Assembly (NCBI GenBank): GCA_012862495.1
Contig: BLSG01000168.1
Location: 1-32,701 of the forward strand
Direction: 5' to 3'
DNA: 32,701 nt
Source: Thraustochytrium aureum
Lineage: Eukaryota
Made by a program: the position numbers and the translations under genes. The notes under the pieces were generated by a model. The model was given only the letters and a program-made list of their open reading frames with translations. It did not search any database and was not told the DNA's origin. Each line of letters starts with the position of its first letter. Position 1 is the first letter of the stretch. Shown piece by piece: positions 1 to 9,500 of the stretch.

Positions 1-2
1 CG

Positions 3-3000
3 GGCTAGCTCCGTGGCGCGCTGTGCCGCTTCTAAAGAGGCTTGGTGTTTGCTTTGTCGGGCGAGGATACGAGCCACGTCGAGCAGCAGGGCTGACCCGA
101 GCTCGCGCTCGCGGGGCGCAACGAGTGCGTCCTCGATCGTAGCCGTGAGCCTAACGAGGTTGCTGGAAAACCACACGTCCAACTTGGCGCGGACTGCCTT
201 GGTGATGCCGTCGAGTCCGCCGAGCTCGCTGGCTGCACCGATGAGAATCTGCGTGTCCTGTGCCCTTGCACAGCCGGCCGAACGCGCGTCCACCATGGCA
301 AACCCGTCTCGAAGGCCCGTGAGAACGCTGGCCAAGTTGCTGGCGTCCTCACGCACAGCGGCAAGCACAATGTCCAGCTTTCGCGCGTGCAGCAGCTCCC
401 AGAGGCACCAAGACCGGTGCAGCGGACGAGGCAACTCCGAAACAGGGTCGTCATCGAGACAAAGCACCACACTGGAAAACCTGCCAAGCGCGTCTGGCAA
501 CGCAGACGAAACGAGCTCTTCGAGCCTCCGCTGCGGTGCCTTGCCTGCCTCAAGCGCCAGTACCCAGGCCTGGTTGACGCTGAGCTCGTCCAGCCACAGA
601 AAGGGCGCCACGCCGCTGTTCTCTGGCGCGGCGAAAAACTTGCCCACTGACGCGCAGAGGTCGGTGAGGCGCGTTGCCCTCGAGTGGCTCACAAAAACGC
701 CCGCGTAGGGCTCTCCCACCGCGTTGGGCTCGGATTTGCGCAGAAGATCCACGTAGCACTTTTTCTTGGGCACCGCTTCAACCTTGACGACATGATCGCA
801 TATGTCGGCGAGGCTCCAGTCCTTGCGGTCCTTTGGTTCTACCGCCGCCGCAGGAAGGGTCAATTTTTGGCCGTTCCATGGCAGGCGCACCACGATCGAG
901 CCGTCGCAGGACGACGCTTGGCCCTTCACGACGAGAGCGGTAACCCCCTTGCGCGCGACGAGTTTGCCATCCATGCTGTAGCTGCTCGCAAAGGTGCACA
1001 AGTTGGTCCCAGCAGCGGCTTTGCCACTGCCCACGCGCTCTGCGAGTTCAACAAGCCATCTGAGGGACACGCCAGCAAAGTCCCAGTGTTTGCGCTTGGC
1101 CTTGCGAGCAGAGATTGGTGACGCTATCGCGGCCGCCGCGCGGGCTGCGCGACTTTGCTGCGGCTTTTTCTCGGAGGCGGCCAAGGCAGGAGATTGGCCC
1201 TTTGCAAGCCGGCTCGCGCTTTGGCGGCGCTGCGCCGGGGCTGACTCGACAGATGCAGCGCCGTCCGGCCGCACAACAGAGGGCTGCATTTCGTCTCCGT
1301 CCGCGGGGGCCTCGAGGTGTGAGGCATGCGACCCTGCTGACGCGGACCCTGCTGACGCGGACCCTGCAGACGCGCGGCTCGGCCGCGCTCTAGCGGCGCT
1401 GTTCCGCCGCAAGGGATGAGCATCTTCATCCTGACTCGTCTGCGATCGGCTGGTTCGCGCAGGGCTGTTGAGCGCCGCTGAACTCGCTGCAGCGAGGGCG
1501 GTCCAGTCGACACTAGAACGGCGTTCCCCGGGAGTGGAGGCGTTCGGGGAGCGGCCAGCGGCTTGCGCCCGGGCATCGAGCTGCGCTTCCATTGTCGGAG
1601 GCGACGCCTCTTTTGGCGTCGCACGAGGTTCAGCAGCAAGCTGCTCGGCAGGACGCGACTGGCTGTTCCGGGCAACAGGTGACTCGTTCTTCATGCCGTC
1701 GAGCGGGTCGAGGGGGGGGAGCGGGGGCATCGGTGGCGCAAGGCTGGCCCGGCTTGGCTTTGGCGCAGGGCTTCCTGCAGCAAAGAATTGCGGGCTGAGT
1801 ACGGCCGATTCCGCGGTTTCCTCGACCTGGTCCTTTGGAGACTCGCGCGACTGGGCCACCGGCTCGGCTCCGTCTCGAGCTGGCGGCGAACTCTTGTCAG
1901 CAAACTTGATGAGCGGGGAGCTTGGCGTCGGCGCAACGGCGCTTGGGGCGCCGCTGGTGCCGAACGAGCTCGTGAAACGGTTCTTGAGCGCTGCAGCATT
2001 CATTACGTTGCTGAATGCAGCGAAGACGTGCGTGCGCGGGAGCGTGCGCGAGTTGCGCACCGGCTTGAAGCGGCCCAGCTTGGCTGGTTTCAGAGCAGCG
2101 CCGGGGTCTGATGCAGAAGTGGTCGCGCGGCTAGACCCGATACTTGCGAGGCCTGAAACAGACAACCTCTTGCGCGCGTCGGCCGCCGCCGCGCCGGTGT
2201 CGTCGTCGTCCTCTCGACTGGGGCCCGTGTCGTGGAGCAAGTGGCTCAGGTGCTCGAGTGCTTTGGCGTGGTCAGAGCCAAAGCGCTGGAGGGCGAGCAC
2301 GGTGGCCTCGTCCACCCAGTTTGGAAGGACACGCACCTCGTTCGTGCAGAGCACTGCGCACCCGTGGATGTACTTGCTGAAACCCGGGACGTGCTCCATC
2401 CCCCCCCCTCGACGAGCTGCAGGAGCCAAATTGGGAGTAAGGGCGGCTGCTGCGAGAGGCGCCCTGTTGCCGTCTGGTCAATGTTAAGCACGCCGTGGTC
2501 AAAGTCAGTGTTGACGATTGGAGTCTTGCCGGAGAGGGGCGTGAACCAACGCGATTCAATCGCAGAGTCCAGGCCCACGCTTGGCGTCTCAAGAACCATG
2601 GTCACGAAGGAGTCCAGCGAGATCCGCAGACTCGGCAGCCGGTGCGTGTCAAAGCATACACGCTTGTAGATTGTCCTCAAGACGGGGCGAAGCATCTTGG
2701 AGACGATCTGGTCGCGAACCTCGGTGAAAAGGCGCTCGACACGCGCCTGCTCTTCAATAGACTGGCCAGCAGCCCGCATCTCCGCGAGTCTCTCCTCGAC
2801 GGTGTACTCGCCGCGGAGGAAGGCCATGACCAGACCCTCCCGGAGAGTAAACGTCTCCCTCGTGACCACGTCGCTGAGCTCGGAGTGTGTGAGCCGCTCG
2901 ACGAAAACCAGCTCGGGGCTCGCGGTGGCAAACCAGCGCAGCCTGATCGAGGTCCCATTGCGCCTGCCAATCACGCGCCCATGGTACGACTCCAGCTGAA

Positions 3001-3718
3001 CGTTGTCAAAGTAGACCGTGCTGCAGATGTGAGACTCGCCCTGGAGCGCATCGACCACGGACTGGTCCTGCCGCCGCTTGGGGAGGTGAGCCGACAGCTC
3101 GTTGGCGACCGCATTGACGTGCGCCTTGGGAATCAGAAACGATTTGCGGCCCGTCGCGAGCTCCGCAGAGACGTGCGGCGAGGCAAAGTCGAGCGCGGCC
3201 TCGGGGACCACGGCATCGTGGAGCCGCCGGAGCAGAGGCAGCAGGTCGGCGCAATCCCGGGCGACCCAGTGTTGGTCATGGATCGCGCCCACAAACGAGG
3301 GGAGCCGCTCCACGCGAAGGAAGAGGTCGTGCAACTTGACCAGCTCTTTGATGCAGAGCAGGTGCAGGTTGATGAAGGACTCGAGGCGCTGGAACCGGTT
3401 GGCCAGGGCGCGGATCTCTTTGGCGGCGGTTTGCCGCTTTTCGTCAGAGTCTTCGCTGTCCTCGACGCGGCCGAGCAGCCGCTCAGCCTCTGCCTGAAGC
3501 TCGTCCCAGTTCCGCTTGCAGAACGCGTCCAACGCGCTCAGCCCGGCGACGTACTCGGCCACGAGGGCGGCCTCGGCCTCCTGGACCTCGTTTTCGGGGT
3601 GCCCCTGGCGTCGAGCGGCTGCGGCGGCCTTGATCTCGTCCTTCCAGCTCCTGAACGCAAGGCCTTCGCCTCTCCACTCGGGGTCCACACTCGCCTCGTA
3701 AAACACGACGAAGTTCAT
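3..3718 (-). CDS. SPX-VTC-linker-TIR/HET-like-(TPR) fusion protein; 3'-partial (runs off the window); one frameshift at the C9 run 2400-2408
   Basis: ATG at 3718 (MNFVVFYEASVDPEW, SPX-like start). VTC motifs STVYFDN, IRLRWF, VFVERLTH, LRPVLRTIYKR and LRISLD lie in ORF 2246..3910. Adding one G to the G9 run gives VEGGGMEHVPGFSKYIHGCA, the VTC terminal motif. I translated that frame by hand and it has no stop from 2399 to base 3 (about 799 codons). It encodes GVSLRWL, VFVSHS, WLDELSVNQ and RSWCLWEL. Confidence 0.8.
170..1075 (-). other. TIR/HET-like alpha/beta domain of the protist FVSH..WLD..NQ..RxWCxxE type
   Basis: Hand translation: GVSLRWL (1053-1073), DICDHVVK..CYVDLL, FVSH (684-695), WLDELSVNQ (570-596), VVLCL, RSWCLWE (396-416), then VDARSAGC...D...GGLDGITKAVRAKLDVW. 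As I recall, this motif order is typical of protist TPR-associated TIR/HET-like domains. Confidence 0.7.
1330..1374 (+). repeat. 15-bp coding tandem repeat x3 (GACCCTGCTGACGCG)
   Basis: Three near-perfect units. They encode SAGSA repeats in the linker of the minus-strand fusion protein. Confidence 0.85.
2330..3150 (-). other. VTC (CYTH/TTM tunnel) polyphosphate-polymerase-like domain
   Basis: Ordered motifs RKSF, STVYFDN, IRLRWF, FVERLTH, RPVLRTIYKRVCF, LRISLD, FDHGVLN and, after the frameshift, VPGFSKYIHG. Confidence 0.88.
3320..3718 (-). other. SPX-like N-terminal domain (degenerate)
   Basis: MNF..(x)..PEW...FRSWKDEIK at the start and LESFINLHLLCIKELVKLHD at the end match the SPX pattern MKF..W...Y..LKK / F..LN..GF.KI.KK.DK. 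It sits directly before a VTC domain, as in Vtc2/3/4. Confidence 0.7.
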
Positions 3719-4250
3719 GGTTGCAGCAGCCGGGCCGTCTCGTTGCTCTGGCGGCGCCGCCACTGCGCTGGCTGCTCCGCCTGGCTTCGGAGCGCAGCTA
3801 CGGGTCTGTCCGCAGACGCGCCAATTGACGGATTGGCGCTCGCTCTCGGCACGATGGAGGAGGGAGATGGATGAGGCGCGCGCCCCCTCGCGCAACGCTG
3901 GTTGGTTCATTCCGAGTCATGCCAGGTCATGAGAAAACGACAGAGTAAGTACCCTCGCTGCTGCTGAGCACTGGCAATTATGTATGTACGTACTCAGTAC
4001 TCTTCTGGTCTGGCACGCGTACTTCGAGCTCCACTGCACGGTCTTTGCAGTGGTAGTGGCGGTGTTGCGCGTGCACCTTTGCCCGCTTTCCTCTTGCCGC
4101 TGGTTGCCAGTGCAGGTCGGTGCAGGCTCCTTGGTGCAGGCAAGGGGATCCGACTTGGTGCGGGAAGTGTGAGCGTGGCACGGCGCCCTCCCATCAATCG
4201 CAGAGTCTTGGCAAGCGCCTCGGTCAGAGGAGCGGAGGGAGAAGAGAACG

Positions 4251-4273
4251 CCACCCACCCACCCACCCACCCA
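4251..4273. repeat. (CCCA)n microsatellite
   Basis: ccacccacccacccacccaccca, shortly before the N-gap. Confidence 0.9.
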
Positions 4274-5092
4274 TCGGCGTGTGGCGCATTTGCANNNNNN
4301 NNNNNNNNNNNNNNNNNNNNNNNNNNNNNNNNNNNNNNNNNNNNNNNNNNNNNNNNNNNNNNNNNNNNNNNNNNNNNNNNNNNNNNNNNNNNNNNNNNNN
4401 NNNNNNNNNNNNNNNNNNNNNNNNNNNNNNNNNNNNNNNNNNNNNNNNNNNNNNNNNNNNNNNNNNNNNNNNNNNNNNNNNNNNNNNNNNNNNNNNNNNN
4501 NNNNNNNNNNNNNNNNNNNNNNNNNNNNNNNNNNNNNNNNNNNNNNNNNNNNNNNNNNNNNNNNNNNNNNNNNNNNNNNNNNNNNNNNNNNNNNNNNNNN
4601 NNNNNNNNNNNNNNNNNNNNNNNNNNNNNNNNNNNNNNNNNNNNNNNNNNNNNNNNNNNNNNNNNNNNNNNNNNNNNNNNNNNNNNNNNNNNNNNNNNNN
4701 NNNNNNNNNNNNNNNNNNNNNNNNNNNNNNNNNNNNNNNNNNNNNNNNNNNNNNNNNNNNNNNNNNNNNNNNNNNNNNNNNNNNNNNNNNNNNNNNNNNN
4801 NNNNNNNNNNNNNNNNNNNNNNNNNNNNNNNNNNNNNNNNNNNNNNNNNNNNNNNNNNNNNNNNNNNNNNNNNNNNNNNNNNNNNNNNNNNNNNNNNNNN
4901 NNNNNNNNNNNNNNNNNNNNNNNNNNNNNNNNNNNNNNNTGCCGTCGCTGTCAAAGTCCTCCTCGTGCTCGTCGCCCATTGCCGCAACGCCCTCCTCGTC
5001 CTCGGCCTCGCCGCCTACCGGCCCGTGAAGCGCCCTGTGCCAGCGGCGAAGGCCTTGCGGGCGTTGCTGCGCCTTCTGCTGGCGCGCGCGGG

Positions 5093-6202
5093 ATGGGGCG
5101 GCTGCGGCCCAGCGACGAGGCGGCGTGGCGCGAGCGCGGGTTTAGCGTCGTGCAGGACCTGGTCCGCCCCGAGGCTGTGCTGGCCGCGCGGGCAGCATGC
5201 TACGGGGAGGCCGACGCGCTGGCGCAGGGGCGGATGCCCTTTGGGAGCAGCGGCAAGTGGGAGTTTCCGTCCAGCAACACTGCTCTCAACACGCTGTGCT
5301 TAAGCGTGGAGCTCATGGAGGCCGCCGCTCAGCTGCTGCAGACCCGCGACATCAGGCTCACGCAAGCAGACGCGTGGATCAAGCACGGCGAAAGCGCTGG
5401 CGCTGACCCGCGCGACAGGCCGTACTTTGCCAGCGTTGAACAGCGCATGCACATGGACTTCGCAAACCACGACTTGGCGCATCCGCGTCCGTGGGCTGAG
5501 CCAGACGCGGTGGCCGTCATTATCTTCATGGATGACTCCCGGGCGTGCGGCGGGCGCACCGGCGTGGTACCTCGCTCTGGCCCGGCCGACCCTGCCTACC
5601 AAGCGCCGTACATCGGTCTCCCTGGCGTCGGCAAGCTCCCGTGGATCAACGACCGCCAGCAAGCGGAGGCGCACATCGCGCGCAGCGACCCAGCGCTGGC
5701 AGCGTTTCGCAAGGGGCTATACGAGCGAGAGGAGCTGGTCGACTTTAGGCCAGGCAGCGTGCTGCTCTACCGGCACGACCTGTGGCATCGTGGCCGGCCC
5801 GTTGAGACGGGGGCCCGCCGCCTCGTGTGCAACCTCGTCTTTCGTCGCGCCGGCGCCGGCAATATCAACCGCTGGAACCCGGGCTTTGCGCGCTTCTTCT
5901 ACAACATTCGGGCCATTCTGCAAGGTGCGGAATCCGCCAAGGAGCCTCGTGTCGGCAACGTTGAACAGCTTTTCGTCGAGGCGTCGCCGTGGCAGCGCCT
6001 CGTGCTGGGCTTTCCCGCTCCGGGCGACCCCTTTTGGGACGAAGCGGCTTTGAGTTGGTGCCAAGCGCGCTGGGGGCCGCTTGGGATGGACATGTCGCCT
6101 TATTGGCGTGCACTAAAGGAGAACCGAACGCTGACCTCCAAGGTTGCCAAGCTGCGCGCGCAGCTTGCCGAAGCGCAGGAGGAGATCCTGAGCCATATCT
6201 AA
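5093..6202 (+). CDS. Phytanoyl-CoA dioxygenase (PhyH) family Fe(II)/2-oxoglutarate dioxygenase, 369 aa
   Basis: ATG at 5093. N-terminal WRERGFSVVQDLV (PhyH GY.VV..L pattern), HxD iron motif MHMD, GGRTGVVP, and PGSVLLYRHDLWHRG with the distal His. C-terminal coiled-coil-like tail. Substrate unknown. Confidence 0.75.
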   Translation: MGRLRPSDEAAWRERGFSVVQDLVRPEAVLAARAACYGEADALAQGRMPFGSSGKWEFPSSNTALNTLCLSVELMEAAAQLLQTRDIRLTQADAWIKHGESAGADPRDRPYFASVEQRMHMDFANHDLAHPRPWAEPDAVAVIIFMDDSRACGGRTGVVPRSGPADPAYQAPYIGLPGVGKLPWINDRQQAEAHIARSDPALAAFRKGLYEREELVDFRPGSVLLYRHDLWHRGRPVETGARRLVCNLVFRRAGAGNINRWNPGFARFFYNIRAILQGAESAKEPRVGNVEQLFVEASPWQRLVLGFPAPGDPFWDEAALSWCQARWGPLGMDMSPYWRALKENRTLTSKVAKLRAQLAEAQEEILSHI

Positions 6203-6516
6203 AACACATTGCTCGCGACGTCAAATTCTACTGGACGAGAGAGCCTCTTGGCGGTTTGATTGTGGGGTGGTGCGCAGCAGTTTCTTCGCACTCCTTTGCA
6301 ACTACGAGCATCGCACCGCAGCGGGGCAAGGCGCTGCCCAACCTCAGGGGTCACCGATTGGCCACCCGCACCGCCACGACACTCGAGCACGAACGAGCGG
6401 GTTCGATCTAGAAAGCAAACCGTTCTCCCTTTCTTTAGAATGAATTCTCTGGCTTGGCGAGGCGAGCCGGGCCGGCATACACCCGCCATTCTGCGCATGG
6501 GCTATAGGAGCCTAGC

Positions 6517-9500
6517 TCAACCGAGAGTAGTGACGTTCTCCGTCCCGTGCCCGCGCAGCATGATTACGGTTTTCAAGCCTGCAGTAAGCTCCTCCGTGTA
6601 GAGCACAAATTCGTTCGTCGGCGTCACACGCGAGAGCGGCAGGTTGAGCACAATGAGGTCCGCCTTACTCGAGTGCTCGCGGATCTTCTCATTCAGGTAT
6701 GCCGCTGTTGCCAGGCGCTTCGCGAGGCGACGTTTGTCCCGTGACTTACTTGCGAGGATGCCACGGCGCACTTGAAACGCAGCGGAGGACTCGACATCGA
6801 ATGGTTCTTCCAAGTTGTGCGACACGGCCGCCGATTCCGCGCTTCGCTGCGCAGTGGCGCTCGAGGCGCCGAGCACAGAGACTTGGCACACCGGTGGCAC
6901 AGCAGTGTTGGACGGCTCTGCCAAGGCGCCAATTGTGGAAACCGGCGGGACTGGCGGGCGCTGCAGGTCGACCACCGGCGCGGCGATTGAGCCGGACGGC
7001 ACTGTGCCAGGGCCATAGCTGCTTGCGAGCGCATCTGACTCTTGCGCGTGTGCCGCATCCTCCTCCTCGTCGCCATCGCCCTCGTTAATATCGTCCATTG
7101 GCGCAAAGAGCGACGAGAGGTTGGAGGCGGCTGCCTTGCCGCTGTACTTTTCCGAGATCCAGCGCTGCGTCTCCTCCCCGCTGCTCTCCTTGATGAACTG
7201 CGCAATTTCAGCCACCTTGGCAGGGTCGGCAACAGGCTCGCTTGGAGCGCCGTCTGGGACGGCGAGACTGCTCTTGTCGCCGGAACCGCTGCGCCGCCGC
7301 GACAAGCGACGACCAAGCGACCGGCGGGAGCCCTTGGACGGAGTTGACGCAGCACCAACGCCAGCCCCCGAGTCGCCTCCATCCTGGCCGCTCGCCTCGG
7401 GGACCCCGCCGCCCCCGCTCTCGTCCACGGGCGGAGCAGCGCTAACAAGCGGCTGGAACAAGTCTGCCGAGAGGATCGCGCTCGGTTCCGCGGCTTCAGG
7501 CAGCTTGGGTGCCTAATCATCACAGTTCTGTTCTGGTCCACGTCGCGGGCTGCGNNNNNNNNNNNNNNNNNNNNNNNNNNNNNNNNNNNNNNNNNNNNNN
7601 NNNNNNNNNNNNNNNNNNNNNNNNNNNNNNNNNNNNNNNNNNNNNNNNNNNNNNNNNNNNNNNNNNNNNNNNNNNNNNNNNNNNNNNNNNNNNNNNNNNN
7701 NNNNNNCTCGATGCGGAGGTCTTGCAGGTGCCGCGAAAGGATCGCGTGCGATGCGGAAAAGTCTACCAAGTCGTCCGCAATCGCGAAGATCCGAAGCTTG
7801 GCGCTCGCCCAGACCTTGTGGCGCTGCAGCAGGTAGGGAAGGAGGACCAGCATGTCCCCGTCATGGAGCAGCCACCACACGTCTATTCGCGAAGTGCGGT
7901 CGTCATTGCTCGGGAACCGCTTCTCAGTCTTCACAACAATGATGGCCTTTTGGCACCCGATCGCGTCTTTCAACATGCCCACGTACGAGTGCTGGTGCCG
8001 CTTGGAGGAGATCGCGCCCTGCTGAGGGCCTCCACCCGCGCTGCGCGGAGAAAGCGGGGCTGTCGCACCTGGGTCCGGCCGCCATTTGCGCGGCCACCCG
8101 CACATGATCGTGTTTGGACTCAGCATGCCAAGACCCTTGCTCTGGAAGAGCACACGAAGCGGCTCGAGCAGATTCGGCCCGGACGCCAAGACCACGTCCG
8201 TAAACCCGCTCACGTCGCCCGACTGCAACGCAAAGGCAAGAAAGCGACGCGCTCGCGCACAGCGTACCTTGGAAGCGTCATCGAGCACATCGCCATGCAA
8301 CACGGTGTTGACAATCGTCAGCCCGTGGCCTTTCTTGAGCTGCGAGGCCAGCCGGAGGAGGCCTGGCTGCGTGATCCTGAATCCGCCGCGGCGGTCTGGT
8401 CGTTCCTCTAGCTTGCACAGAACGAGAATTTGCGGCCGCCAGTCCCGTTCTGTCATCGTGCCGCCGGCCTGCTCCTCAAACGCCTCGTTTGCCAAGATGT
8501 CGTCCTCAAAGTCGACGAGGTCGTCGTCAAAACCTAGCGAGCGGGTCGAGGACCTTCGGTCATCCCCAGCGATTTCCGGATCGTGAGCCTTGCGGGGCTC
8601 TTCCTCTGGGTCCCACCTGTCCAGGCAGGGGCAGCAGAAGGCCGCAAAGTCGGAAAGCCACGCGCACCTGCCCCGTGGCTTCCCCGCCTGCTCTGAGGCA
8701 TCAAATGCTCCCGGAAGGCGCGCCCGCGTCGGGGTAGAGTTGAGCCACGAGCCGCGGCGGCCGCCCACGCGCCTTTTGCGGCGACGCAGCTCGGCATGGC
8801 GCTTCTGCAAGTAGATCGCGCTGAGCTCGAGCAAAGCGTTTTTGGCCTGATCGAGGCGCAGGCCGAAGAGCGCGTCGCCCCACTCCTTCTTTTCGCGGTG
8901 GTGGCGGATATACAGATAGATCGCGGAGACTAGCAAAAGGGCCACAAACGCATAGAGCACCGAAATGACAAACATGAGCACCGCGCACAGCATGAATCCT
9001 AGTAGCGCAGTGCTCCAATGAAAGTATTTCCACGTGGGGCGGAACTGCGGCGAGCGGAGAATGGCCGACAGGAAGCACGCCAAGTTGATGCTCCCGTACA
9101 TGGTGAGGAAGAACATCGTGATGATCGGCGTAATGTAGTCCAGGTTCCCAGCAAGGCAGACGAGCGCGGTGAGCGTCGTGGTCACAACCACGGCTCGGCG
9201 AGGCTCGTCGTCCCCCTTGGCGGTGCCGAAAGGCCGAAGAAACGGGATGTGCCCGTCATTAGCGATCGAGCGTAGGAGCTGCGGAGCGCCTGTCAAGGAC
9301 TGGAGACCGGCCCCGTAAGTGCTGAGGATGATGCCGATGGCCACGATGTACCGGTGCGGCCACGCGATGAAGGAGGCCACGAGCTTGTTGTCCTTGAGCG
9401 TCTCGTTGGCGACCACCAAGCCAAAGAGCAGGATCGTCACGATGTATAGCCCAGTGGTGGTCGCGATGGCCCCAAGCGTTCCCTTCGGGATGGATCGTCC

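Noticed and set aside
13..3874. Long plus-strand ORFs 13..708, 1468..2487 and 2495..3874
   Set aside because: Antisense shadows of the GC-rich minus-strand fusion gene; no recognisable motifs.
3917..5303. ORFs running through the N-gap, including the 740-aa version of the dioxygenase
   Set aside because: Their length is an artefact of Ns lacking stops; the PhyH-like sequence begins at ATG 5093.
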